34,821 nucleotides of DNA from a virus (taxonomy: Duplodnaviria > Caudoviricetes). A program made the position numbers and the translations under genes. Under the pieces are notes generated by a model. The model saw only the letters and a program-made list of their open reading frames with translations, made no database searches and was not told the origin of the DNA. Positions 1 through 10,300 of the stretch are shown piece by piece. Each line of letters starts with the position of its first letter. Position 1 is the first letter of the stretch. The stretch spans positions 1-34,821 of IMG/VR virus record IMGVR_UViG_3300035670_000754, one strand, 5' to 3'.

Positions 1-618
1 TTTAGTTTCCAACTGATAAAGATAGGCATAAATAGATAACTGTAAAGAGTAAACATTATATTGACAATCAGATAAATGTGAAACTGGTTGATTTAACCAA
101 TGGTCGTATTCAGATATAAACCTAAACTTCTTATTTGTTTTCCAATCCCATACATTAAAATAATCACCACAATCTTCAATAATGTCGGCAGTACCGGCTA
201 ATTTATGTTTCTCAGAGAATAATATGGTTTCAGGATATATTGTACCTTTAGTCATAGGATCAATTTCTTGGAACTTTGAGATTAAACTTCTTTCGTAATC
301 ATTCTTGGGTATATAGATTTTATTGGCTAAAAGATAACGTTCCATGATTTCATGGATTTCTGTACCATACTCGTTAGCCTCATCATTAATACGCTTCCAT
401 TCAGCAAGAATTTCTTCTTGTGACATGTTTTGATATTGCTCTTTCTTTTTAGACGGGTCTTGCATTGAAATGGCAAGAGCTATCTGTTCGGAATTAAATT
501 CAGGTTCCAACATCCCTAAAACTGTTGTAACTGATTTAAATTTTTCCCCTGTGATTTTATGAATATATTTGTGTTCTACTGGTTCTAACCATACAACACT
601 TTCTCTTTTACTTGCCAT
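1..618 (-). CDS. PD-(D/E)XK superfamily exonuclease (RecB/Cas4-like phage nuclease), 3' end runs off the window; not in ORF track
   Basis: Manual translation from ATG at 618: MASKRESVVWLEPVEHKYIHKITGEKFKSVTTVLG...GTEIHEIME...LAGTADII...VWDWKT...YSLQLSIYAYLYQLETK, open to base 1. SVTT, GT-x-x-H, G-x-x-D, DWKT and QL-x-x-Y are RecB-family nuclease motifs. Confidence 0.88.
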   Translation of the reverse strand, partial: MASKRESVVWLEPVEHKYIHKITGEKFKSVTTVLGMLEPEFNSEQIALAISMQDPSKKKEQYQNMSQEEILAEWKRINDEANEYGTEIHEIMERYLLANKIYIPKNDYERSLISKFQEIDPMTKGTIYPETILFSEKHKLAGTADIIEDCGDYFNVWDWKTNKKFRFISEYDHWLNQPVSHLSDCQYNVYSLQLSIYAYLYQLETK

Positions 619-814
619 ATAAACCCATTTCAGCTAATCCCATAAAAGCTTTCATTTCATTTTCTCTAATAATATCACAAACTTTTTCAGAAAAATCATC
701 TTCAATAAATAAGGCATCGGTATTTTTTATAAAATCTATAAGATCTTGTAAACCCTCTTCTTTAAGAATCTGTCTTATTTTTTCTTCGTTAATGTATCTT
801 TTATTAAAACTCAT
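608..814 (-). CDS. small hypothetical protein (68 aa)
   Basis: ATGA overlap with the primase stop and overlap with the exonuclease start; fills the gap exactly. Confidence 0.75.
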   Translation of the reverse strand: MSFNKRYINEEKIRQILKEEGLQDLIDFIKNTDALFIEDDFSEKVCDIIRENEMKAFMGLAEMGLYGK

Positions 815-1785
815 ATTGAACTTTCTTTTAATTTAAAACTTGATTTTAAAACATCGATTACACCTTCACGACTAAACTCTTCGTTAACTTGTGAAATATC
901 ATAACCATCATTCATTTTGATTATTTTAACTTTTCCGTGTAACCTACCCACATTTAATTGTGAATAAATTTGTTTAGCTCTATCCCACGCGTCATCATCT
1001 AATAAAACCACAACCCAACTACTAGCCTTCTTCATTAATGTATCATATAATTTTGGGTGTAAATCTTTACCTAACATTGGTATTGAATTATAAACAACTA
1101 TATGGTCAAAAGGTCCCTCAACAATATATATTGTAGAATCCCAATTAACTAGTTGTTCATTGAAAATAACTTCTTCTCTAGGTAAATCAGGATTTTTATA
1201 CTTTGGTTTTTTTCTTGCCGACCAAGCTCGACCTGTAAAATAATTTAACTTACCGTCTTTATCATAAGAAGGGACAATAATTCTATAAGCATACTCACCT
1301 TCGGTTGTATAACCCATTTTGAATTTAAAAATAATATCTTGTGGTAAATTCCTCTCCTTGGTTAGATAATTCCAAGCTTCTTTATATGGTAAACTGTTTG
1401 GGTTGGTGCCTTCAAACGGTATGTATTCTTCAGGGAGATGAATTTCCCTAACCTCTTGAATAGTTTTTGGGTTTGATTTAATTTCACTTAACTGAATACC
1501 CAATTGTTTCAGTTTTTTTCTGTGATCTTTCCGACCAAACTTGGTTATTAACTTGGATAGTGAACCGTGTGTGTTGTGAGTTCCACCACACGCCCAACAA
1601 TGATAAACACCTTTACCGAGGTTAACTTCAAAGTTACCCTTACCATCACCGTCTGGTAAGTCTTTTTCAGCAGAACAAACAGGACAATCAAAAGAATATT
1701 GTCCTTTAGTTACATTTTCCTTACGTGGATTACCTAAAATTTCAAGGATTATGTCTAATAATAAAGAATTTTCTATTTGTCCCAT
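811..1785 (-). CDS. dnaG: DNA primase (Zn-finger + TOPRIM, DnaG-like)
   Basis: CPVC...CWAC zinc finger, RIIVP...YFTGR, KYKNP, TOPRIM IYIVEGPFD and LLDDDA. Confidence 0.92.
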   Translation of the reverse strand: MGQIENSLLLDIILEILGNPRKENVTKGQYSFDCPVCSAEKDLPDGDGKGNFEVNLGKGVYHCWACGGTHNTHGSLSKLITKFGRKDHRKKLKQLGIQLSEIKSNPKTIQEVREIHLPEEYIPFEGTNPNSLPYKEAWNYLTKERNLPQDIIFKFKMGYTTEGEYAYRIIVPSYDKDGKLNYFTGRAWSARKKPKYKNPDLPREEVIFNEQLVNWDSTIYIVEGPFDHIVVYNSIPMLGKDLHPKLYDTLMKKASSWVVVLLDDDAWDRAKQIYSQLNVGRLHGKVKIIKMNDGYDISQVNEEFSREGVIDVLKSSFKLKESSI

Positions 1786-1795
1786 GATATGGGAA

Positions 1796-1824
1796 AATAT
1801 AATAAAAATAAATCAGTTTGTAAA
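1796..1824 (-). promoter_or_regulatory. sigma70-like promoter candidate upstream of primase
   Basis: Minus strand TTTACA (1824-1819), 17-nt spacer, TATATT (1801-1796), 10 nt before the ATG. It occupies most of the intergenic gap, but the AT-rich background weakens the call. Confidence 0.5.
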
Positions 1825-2442
1825 TTACTTCCAAATACCTTCTTTTCTCATATGTCCTAAAACACAAGTATATGCATCGGTCATATCAAAATTTTCTTTT
1901 TTAAGTTTCATATTTTTGTCATACTCCCAAACAATTTGTGGTTCACGGTCGGCAACCTTGTCCCAAATAACTTGTTTTTTGTCAACCTCCCAATCATAAC
2001 CACCAAAAAGAACTGGTTTTTTATTTTTTAAATCCTTTTCTTTGTAAGGTTCACCTTTTTTGTCGTGGGTTCTGATTGCCATCAATTCAGGATATGCATA
2101 AGCCCTAGAATCGTAAGAAGTTATAAATTCAGGTACGACACCCAAAACATCATCAACCACTTTTGAAATCATCCCATTAAACCTAAGAAGAGTTCCGACA
2201 GTATAAACATTATTGGAGTTTAGAAGTGGTTCTTCAATTACAACCTTTTCAATTTCAAGGTCCATGTACCTTGTCAATAACTTTTCAAAAGCATCTACTT
2301 TTTTAAAAAGTTCCTCCAATTTATTCTCAGGTTGGGGTTTAATTTTTGGGGTAATGTGGGTTAATTCCAATAATTTACCGTCTTCCTCGAATAAAGCCAT
2401 GCCGATAGTTTTTGTCGACACATCTAAGCCTAAAATTTTCAT
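1825..2442 (-). CDS. ruvC: RuvC-like Holliday junction resolvase
   Basis: N-terminal ILGLDVSTKTIG, VVIEEP and C-terminal DMTDAY acidic triad of the RNase H-fold RuvC family. Confidence 0.85.
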   Translation of the reverse strand: MKILGLDVSTKTIGMALFEEDGKLLELTHITPKIKPQPENKLEELFKKVDAFEKLLTRYMDLEIEKVVIEEPLLNSNNVYTVGTLLRFNGMISKVVDDVLGVVPEFITSYDSRAYAYPELMAIRTHDKKGEPYKEKDLKNKKPVLFGGYDWEVDKKQVIWDKVADREPQIVWEYDKNMKLKKENFDMTDAYTCVLGHMRKEGIWK

Positions 2443-2464
2443 AAAACATTTTTATATATTTTTA

Positions 2465-3658
2465 TTATAAATTACTTACACCATCCCATGATAAACTACC
2501 AGTTTGTGGTGTTATTGGTTCGGATAAAGGTAAATCCAAATCAAAAATTAAATAATTATCTTGTTCTTTTACTAAAGCCATATCTGGTTTTACCACCGCT
2601 AAACAATCACCCTGTAAATTATGTAAAGTTATCGTACTCGCCGCTATACCACAATTTTGACCTGTAGCTATGTAAGAGCTATTGGATGAAGCCACCCATT
2701 GATTCGGTTCCATAACTATTTTAACATGTAGATTTTCTGATAAATCCATGTCAGCTGCATTAAAAGCTGTTTGTCCAGACGTGAAAGTACCCCCAGTGAT
2801 TGAAGTCGGATCTCCATTAACAGTGGACCAATCAAAAGCACCAACTAGTTCAGGATCAAAAATAAATCCAAGACCATAATTTAAAAACATTGCACCGACA
2901 ATCCTATCATAACCACCAATACCATTATATTGTGTGTTACTTGGATCGAAACTTATTAAACGAGCTCCGTTAGAATATTTGTTAGTATTGTTGTATAAAT
3001 AATTCCAACTAATACTAGAACCTGTAGCACCAGAAAATGTGTTATAAACACTGTCTGTTACTAAATAAACAATACCACTATCAAAATAAGGGTAATCAGA
3101 AGCCGGATTTGGGTTTTTACCGTCTATATATTTATAACCTATCCCAAAATTATTTGTATACTCTGGTGATGGTTCACTTTTAAAAGTATCTGCTTTAGTA
3201 CCAGAACATAGGTTAGTATAATCTTTTTGTAAAATATCTGGTTGATATATAAAGGAACTGTATAAGGTTGTGGCTGTTAAACCTGAAGTCATACCAGTAT
3301 AACTAGAATTTAAAGGTATGTATAAGGCCTGATTTTGACCGTAAACTTGTACCCTATAATTAGAATTTGGTACTGTAAAAGCTATGCCACCTTTATTGTA
3401 AAAAGCTTCTGGTAGATATTCTAAAGAAGTACCGATTAAACCCCCGTTAACATAAGGTTGATTGGCAGAGTTATAATCAGATTCGGTCCTCATACTAAAA
3501 AAAGACCATAAATGTGATAAAGAACTGTTTAAAAAATTGACATCATTGTAGGCTGGTATTTGGAATAATTTTAACTCTTCCCCTCTTGCCATAGTATAAA
3601 CACTTGATATGTCGACATTTTCTTTTTGATATACGTTTTCTACTTCTTGGAATGCCAT
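2465..3658 (-). CDS. putative virion protein, paralog of the C-terminal half of the 696-aa protein
   Basis: VGAMFLNYGLGFIFDPELVGAF and ITLHNLQGDCLAVVKPDMALVK align by eye with VGRIFPELHMFSIDDQELVAAL and VGIYDVNQNLVAIGKMNLPIEK of 5230..7320. Confidence 0.65.
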   Translation of the reverse strand: MAFQEVENVYQKENVDISSVYTMARGEELKLFQIPAYNDVNFLNSSLSHLWSFFSMRTESDYNSANQPYVNGGLIGTSLEYLPEAFYNKGGIAFTVPNSNYRVQVYGQNQALYIPLNSSYTGMTSGLTATTLYSSFIYQPDILQKDYTNLCSGTKADTFKSEPSPEYTNNFGIGYKYIDGKNPNPASDYPYFDSGIVYLVTDSVYNTFSGATGSSISWNYLYNNTNKYSNGARLISFDPSNTQYNGIGGYDRIVGAMFLNYGLGFIFDPELVGAFDWSTVNGDPTSITGGTFTSGQTAFNAADMDLSENLHVKIVMEPNQWVASSNSSYIATGQNCGIAASTITLHNLQGDCLAVVKPDMALVKEQDNYLIFDLDLPLSEPITPQTGSLSWDGVSNL

Positions 3659-3660
3659 AA

Positions 3661-3879
3661 TTAAACTGTTGTAAATAATGTTTTATTGTAATATAGATGA
3701 TCCAACCTTAAAAAATCTATGTTTACATATGTAACTTCACCGTTTTCTTTTTTAAAAACAAAATTTTTATTATTTGCTGTAATAAAATAGTCTGTATTAG
3801 AATTGGTTGGATTTGTTATTTGGTCTGGTATCCTATAAGGTAGATATTCCGGACTATATACTGGTATTATTTTTGCCAT
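3661..3879 (-). CDS. small hypothetical protein (72 aa) in structural operon
   Basis: TAATG coupling to the upstream gene and a 2-nt gap to the downstream gene. Confidence 0.7.
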   Translation of the reverse strand: MAKIIPVYSPEYLPYRIPDQITNPTNSNTDYFITANNKNFVFKKENGEVTYVNIDFLRLDHLYYNKTLFTTV

Positions 3880-5000
3880 TATAATAATTGTATAGGATTA
3901 GATGTGGTGTTATTAACGTCATATATAAAATTCAACCTAACATTACCACCAAATTTATTTGTTATAGAATTTATTTCAGGGTGTGTTGCCAATACTTCCA
4001 TATTAATCGGTAAGGTATAATAGTTATAGGTACTATCATATATGCCATAAGTTTTCATAAAAAGAGTACCTTGATTGATTAACCCATTTAACATGTTATC
4101 ACCATTACCATTGACGTTAATCATATTAATAGCGTAACCAATTAAACCGTTTTTAGTTTGGAAAGGTGTATTGTTAGGTAGGTAGTAAATATTTGTACCT
4201 ACAACCGCTGCCGGATATATTGTTTTATAACCAGCTAAATCTGAATCTTCTAAATCTGTAGTTGAAATAAAATTGTTATTGTTTACCCAATAACCCCATT
4301 TATTTGGCTTTAAACTGAACCTACCAGAAGTACCGTTAATATTTGTCCCATTTACGGGATAGGTTGAGAAAGAAATTAAAAAAGGTGAACCGAATCTAAT
4401 ATTACTATTATCAACCATTACCCTTTGTCCACCTTGTTCTAAAGTAACACCTATAGGTGATATTTTAGAAAAATTTTGTTTATCAAAGTCTGTTTTAAAT
4501 TTATAACTAACGTTAAGGTTTGTTAGGTAATTAACGTCATCATAGTTTTTTGTGGAAACATTTAAAGTCTGTATTGTAGCAGTTACATAGTCCCATAAAT
4601 CTAAAACTAAATTTTCTGTCATATTAAAGGCATAAGTCGCCGAATTTAGTTGTTGGAACCAAGGATATAAATTTATATTTATATTTAAATTTGGTTGGTT
4701 AAAGTCTCCATAAGAACACTCCTCATTTACAAAACTAAATTGTACTTTACTAAGTGCGTTTTTAACTTCAGTGGGAACGGGTTTATTTAAATAAACACCT
4801 GTGTAGTTAGCAAAAGCACATTCTGAAGTTGTTATAGTGTTATGACTACCAACGACACTAGGGATTAATGATTCTTCGGAACCCACTAAATAATTATGGT
4901 AGTTATCGTTTAAGTTATAATAAACTATATTGTCTATTAAACCAGAACTTATTAAAGTTTTATAACCAAGGGGTGTTAACGCTGTTTGTAATGTTGCCAT
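3879..5000 (-). CDS. putative virion protein with tail-collar-like N-terminal motif
   Basis: N-terminus LTPLGYKTLISSGL...YYNLND...NYL resembles those of the 76-aa and 696-aa neighbours; N/T/S/G-rich. Confidence 0.65.
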   Translation of the reverse strand: MATLQTALTPLGYKTLISSGLIDNIVYYNLNDNYHNYLVGSEESLIPSVVGSHNTITTSECAFANYTGVYLNKPVPTEVKNALSKVQFSFVNEECSYGDFNQPNLNININLYPWFQQLNSATYAFNMTENLVLDLWDYVTATIQTLNVSTKNYDDVNYLTNLNVSYKFKTDFDKQNFSKISPIGVTLEQGGQRVMVDNSNIRFGSPFLISFSTYPVNGTNINGTSGRFSLKPNKWGYWVNNNNFISTTDLEDSDLAGYKTIYPAAVVGTNIYYLPNNTPFQTKNGLIGYAINMINVNGNGDNMLNGLINQGTLFMKTYGIYDSTYNYYTLPINMEVLATHPEINSITNKFGGNVRLNFIYDVNNTTSNPIQLL

Positions 5001-5230
5001 TATACTTTTAAATTATCTTTAAAATTTATACTATCTGATACCACTGTTTTTTTAGTACCACTTATATCTACCATTAATCTAGGATAGGCGTTTACCAAAT
5101 AATTAACTTCATCATCCCAAAGAGTATAATAAAAAATTTCTTTTTCTAAACCCTTTTTGGCTAAAGTTTTTTGACCCAATTGTGTTAGGACAAATTTTAA
5201 ACTATCTGTATCACCATTTATAAAAGACAT
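5000..5230 (-). CDS. small putative virion protein made almost only of the shared N-terminal motif
   Basis: LTQLGQKTLAKKGL...YYTLWDDEVNYL; TAATG overlaps at both ends. Confidence 0.7.
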   Translation of the reverse strand: MSFINGDTDSLKFVLTQLGQKTLAKKGLEKEIFYYTLWDDEVNYLVNAYPRLMVDISGTKKTVVSDSINFKDNLKV

Positions 5231-7320
5231 TATAAATCAAAAGCAACTTCAATTATTATTGTTGCATTAGGTACCTTTTCAATCGGTAGATTCATTTTAC
5301 CTATAGCAACCAAATTTTGATTAACGTCATAAATACCAACCTCACTTATATGTACTCTTTGATTTGAATTTTCCCAAGTAGGGTTAATACTCCAATTAAA
5401 CATTGTTGGTGATACAGTAAATACAAACTTTGTTCTGTATTTATATGTTGCACCCACAGCTTCAATGTTACCGAAGAAAAATCTTTCATCACCAAATTGT
5501 AGGTTATTAGTTTCTGAAATTTGTGGTATCTTAATAAAATTACTTAAATCATAAGGTACCCCACTTAAATAATCTGTATTGGTGATTTCGTAGATTGATG
5601 TTACTAGATTATTAGGATCAATTCTATTACCAACTGTGTGTCCGTTAATATCTGATGTATAATCTATTAATTTCCATTGTGTAGGATCAGGATAAGTACC
5701 TAAAGGTTGTTTTTGTACCAAAATATAAAATTTATCTGCGTACCAACCAGTACCACCAGTAACTGTCATGTAAGGAAATTGGTTTGGTAGTGTCACTTTT
5801 ACTGTTTTACTATCGATAGGGTTACAATCACAATCTTCTGTTGTTACACAAACAAAATTTTGACAGTGTAAACCTGTAGTATAACCAGAAGAACTTTCTA
5901 ACAAATAAGAAAGATAAAGTACTTCAGTACCGTCTAACACACCATCTACTAAACTCCCTAGTTGTGTATTTAAAGTAGGTAAAGTCCAATTACGGTTAGA
6001 TTTATAAGAAAGAGCCGCAACTAACTCTTGGTCGTCTATACTAAACATGTGTAATTCAGGGAAAATTCTACCAACTTTACTACCAAAATTATCAACTAAG
6101 TTATAATAAGAAATATTTTTTTGATTGTTACTATTTGTTTGATAAATTGTCTGACCAGATAAAGTTACGTATTGTGTAAAACCAGAACCGCTGAATACTT
6201 GCCCAATAGTCGTGCCAGTTTGATTTCTGTGCCACATTAAAGTTGGCATTATTAATTTAGGTGAACTTGGTATGGTTGTGTCTATATAAAATTTTTGACC
6301 ATATTTTAATTCACTTTGATTGTCACAAGTTTCTTTGTTTGAGTAGTGAATGATACTGATAGAAGGTACTATATTACAAAAAGAATTTGCTGAAAGTGTT
6401 AGAGGTGTTGTAGTGTTTACAATGTTGTATTTTTCAGATGTATAACCAAAATATTCTTTAGTACCTACATAACTTTCAGAACCATATAAATTAAAAGTTT
6501 CGTGTGTTGCCGGATTTACCCCAGCAATTGGGTATGTCCAAACATTATTCATGTTCCACACACAACCACCACTAAAAAACCCATTATCACTAAACAAATA
6601 ATCTTTAGAAGTACCTGTACCTAATGGGTAAAAAGTTGTCCAACAATAATTGGAACCAGCGTATGTTGAAAAATTAGCGAAATTTCTATCTATCTCGACT
6701 TGAAGTGTGTTAGCAGATAAGCTACCACTCACACCTTGTACTTGATACCACAAATAGGGTACCGGCGTATTAAGTTCAACTACCGCCTGATTTTGTGTTG
6801 ATGTTAACTCGTCGTTAGTCATTTTAACTAACATTAAATCCCCAACTTTTGGTTCATAAGTATTTGAGCCGTATGTTGGTGCTTGATAAACAGGAATTGT
6901 TGTACCGCCAGTAATACCAGAAATCGGTATTATTGTATCTGATTGTAACACATGACAAATAGTGTCAGTATACGCTGTATATTCAATAGTTGTACCGGTG
7001 CCGTATTCAAAAAACCCTGTTTTTGGTGCCGTAGTTAACGTCTCTAAAATAACCGGATTAAGTGTCGGTATCGTTAAATAAGTATTTGTTGCGTTAGCTG
7101 TGGGTAATATTGGTGTTTTTAAATCGGGGTTATATGCTTTGGCTCTTATAATATTTTCTAACGTAATGTCATAAGATTGACCTAAAGTTGTATAATCAAT
7201 TTCCGAATCACCCAACCTAAATGTATCAAAATTTAAAAGACCTAATGAAAGTAATTTTCTACCCTCATTTGTCATTCTCGCACTTATTACGATGTTACTA
7301 TTTTTATCGATATAACTCAC
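5230..7320 (-). CDS. virion/baseplate-associated protein with tail-collar-fibre (DUF3751-like) terminal motifs
   Basis: GTG start. N-terminal MTNEGRKLLS...FRLGDSEIDY and C-terminal ISEVGIYDVNQNLVAIGK..PIEK resemble the two ends of the DUF3751 tail-fibre attachment domain. Confidence 0.65.
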   Translation of the reverse strand: MSYIDKNSNIVISARMTNEGRKLLSLGLLNFDTFRLGDSEIDYTTLGQSYDITLENIIRAKAYNPDLKTPILPTANATNTYLTIPTLNPVILETLTTAPKTGFFEYGTGTTIEYTAYTDTICHVLQSDTIIPISGITGGTTIPVYQAPTYGSNTYEPKVGDLMLVKMTNDELTSTQNQAVVELNTPVPYLWYQVQGVSGSLSANTLQVEIDRNFANFSTYAGSNYCWTTFYPLGTGTSKDYLFSDNGFFSGGCVWNMNNVWTYPIAGVNPATHETFNLYGSESYVGTKEYFGYTSEKYNIVNTTTPLTLSANSFCNIVPSISIIHYSNKETCDNQSELKYGQKFYIDTTIPSSPKLIMPTLMWHRNQTGTTIGQVFSGSGFTQYVTLSGQTIYQTNSNNQKNISYYNLVDNFGSKVGRIFPELHMFSIDDQELVAALSYKSNRNWTLPTLNTQLGSLVDGVLDGTEVLYLSYLLESSSGYTTGLHCQNFVCVTTEDCDCNPIDSKTVKVTLPNQFPYMTVTGGTGWYADKFYILVQKQPLGTYPDPTQWKLIDYTSDINGHTVGNRIDPNNLVTSIYEITNTDYLSGVPYDLSNFIKIPQISETNNLQFGDERFFFGNIEAVGATYKYRTKFVFTVSPTMFNWSINPTWENSNQRVHISEVGIYDVNQNLVAIGKMNLPIEKVPNATIIIEVAFDL

Positions 7321-7334
7321 TTTTTACTTTATTT

Positions 7335-7342
7335 TATAAATA
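7335..7342 (-). promoter_or_regulatory. TATTTATA motif, candidate late promoter
   Basis: 14 nt upstream of the GTG at 7320; same motif at 27928 and 28654. Confidence 0.55.
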
Positions 7343-7354
7343 TCGTTATCTTTA

Positions 7355-10300
7355 TTATTTTTCAATGAAATAATCTTTTCTTAATTTGTTAATAGCTGTT
7401 TTACCAGGAACAACACCAAAATAATAGTAAGGTATGTTTGATCTACTATTCACGTTATTCCTTTGGCCTCTACTAATATATCTATCCCAACTGTCAGAGT
7501 CGGCATCTTCGGGACTAAGATTTGCGTTTAATTGGTTATTGTTGTTAAACCATCTGCCAACTAAAGGATTTGTTGAGTTGTAACCTACGCATTCTGTACC
7601 ACCACCAGTTTTACCACAAGGACTAAATCTATTGGCACTTGCCGCATCTACTATAAAACCTCCATAAACAACAGGGTCGTTGGTAAAATCACCGTAAGGG
7701 TTATTAATACCTTGATACCCTGGACCACCGAATTCGTCTTCATTTGGTGGTACTTCTGATAATTGTTGGTCCGTGTAGATTTTTGAAACTTCTTTCATAA
7801 AGAAAAAAGGATTGTCCTTTAATTCATATTCGTGACAAGGATACCCATCAAATAAACCACTACCCCAAAATAACTGTTGTAAACTACATCTTGGGTTTGT
7901 GAAATTTTTTGCGCAATATAATATAACGTCTCTTGGATCTTCGTAGGAGGTTTCTTTTAAACTATTTACCCATATACTCGGATCCCAACCATTTTCAAAG
8001 AAAGTACCAGTGTAAAAAGTAGGTGATTGTGTATACTGTCTCAATCCTTGATTTGCTAAACTCGCTGTCTCAATCTCTTCAATAGTTTCTTGACATAACT
8101 CAACTCTACCTAATGAAACTATTTTTGTTGAAAAAAGAGCATTACAATATATTATATCATCTAAATCTGCCGCACCTGTTTTACCGTTCTGTATTGCGTA
8201 GTTGTGATTAACGTCATGGTAATCTCTAAATTGTCCGATACCAGTTTTTGTCTCACCAGGTCCTCTTAATAAACATCTATCACAAGTATTACCACCATCA
8301 GTATCTATACAACATTGATTAGTCACGTAATTATCTCCCCTACGTTGGTCTGCCCCAGGTCCACAAAATTTTTCTTTTTTAAGTTGTCCGGTGGATTTTT
8401 TAATTCTTCTTTTGTATTTAAATTGAAATAGATAAGCAGAACCAAATACCCAAGCGTCGTTAAAAACCCTTCTAATAACATTTCTATTTTCAGCAGCATT
8501 TAATTTAGTACAACACTTCCAATCTTCTATCAGGTTAATACAAGTATTTTGTATATTATTAAAGTTAATAGTAATAGCTTGTAAACCAAATTTGAAAAAG
8601 TTTTGATTTACTATATTAAAATCAGAATTACTACAATTAACACCACAATAAAAACTACCGTTAGAACAACTTTGTGGGTTACAATAAAACCAATTACCGT
8701 TAGGTGGTACTTCATATTCATCATTTTGTGGTGCACCTTCACAAGGTAACTTAAATGAACCTATAGCATTACCCAACCAACCAAATGGACACACTTGAAA
8801 CCCTATATCTACCAAAGTAATATCAAAACCTATTGTAACTTTAACAATTGACCGCCACCATGAAAACCTAACCCTTACACACAACCTAATACAAAAAGTT
8901 ATTATTAATATTAATAATTTAATAAAAAAAGTTACAACATCTATAAAAAAAGATATTATGTAGTATATAACATCAAACTTCCATATAGCATTATTAAATG
9001 GGAATAAATTTGTTTCACCACTAACATCTGTATTTTTAAGACCAATAAAACTAAATCTATTAGCACCTTTTTTATATTTTTTAATAAAATGTGCTATAGT
9101 ATATATTTGTTTCCATTCAAAAGTATGGAAATCTAAATCTATTCTAGCGTTAGGGTACACGTTATTGTCATATGCAGCAATTTCATCTGTAAACCTTTGG
9201 TCTTGTGTACCATTTGCTTGTACGGGTGAACCAGTGTCAACCACACCCTGTGTACCACCGAAATCAACACCCAAACTAGGAAACAAAAGTGTTGCTGTCC
9301 TAAATTTAGGGTTTTCATTAGGTTCAGTAAATTTCATAGCAAAACGATACATACCTCTTGTAGGTAAACCTATTGAAGGATCGGGTGAAGGTACTATATC
9401 ACCAAATTCATCAGTTATGACGTGTGCTAAATTTAAAGGTAAGGCTATAACAAAATTACCGTCATCATCAATTAATTCACCCCCATCAATATCAAACTTT
9501 TCTAAATCCGTAGGTTTGATGTTATTGTTGTTGTACCATTCTACTTGGGAGTACTCTTTGACCCTAATCATCCTTATAGTCCCAGCACTGGTTTTTAAAT
9601 TATCTTGTTCGCCTTGATCGTTTTTAGGGTTACAACCTTTATTTATGGCCATTTTACCTGTGTCAGTAAAAATAGAACCAAAAAATAAAGAAGAGGTTTT
9701 AATTTGAAAATTGGTGTCAAAATCTGCTCTTGTTATACCAATTTCACAACTTTCAGGGTCACCCCAAAATGGTATGACATCAACACTTATATTACCAGAT
9801 TTAATTTGTGGTAGGGTATCTAAATTTGTTGATGTTTTAAATTGTGTTTTTGATTTGAATAATTTTTCTGGATAACCATCCGCTATCATGTCATAAGGTC
9901 TGATACTAGCGGAACCGGCATCACTTAAGTCAACATCCATATGAACAGTATACTGACCTACTGGTACACCAAATAACATAAAATCACCCGCAGCGTTAGT
10001 TTTTGTGGTATATTTATAATATTTATCAAAAATTTCTAAAATTAAATCACTATCTAGAACTTCTTCTTTAGAAGGAAAAGTACCAACCGGTGTGTTTAGT
10101 AAACAAGTGGATTTGGACATTAATAAGTTATATCTAACACCGTCAGAATTTTTCTGATATGGTGTTTTAAAAGGGTATAAATCTTTTATCAAAAGATTTT
10201 TTTCATCCTCACTTGTAATAGGTATAAAAATAGAAACTTTTGAATTAGGTACACCAAAACCACCGTTTGCTATAACTCTACCTACTACTACACCGTAATT

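Noticed and set aside
8901-8918. Perfect 18-bp palindrome attattaatattaataat
   Set aside because: A/T only and inside codons for the Leu/Ile run of the hydrophobic segment; expected by chance in this composition.
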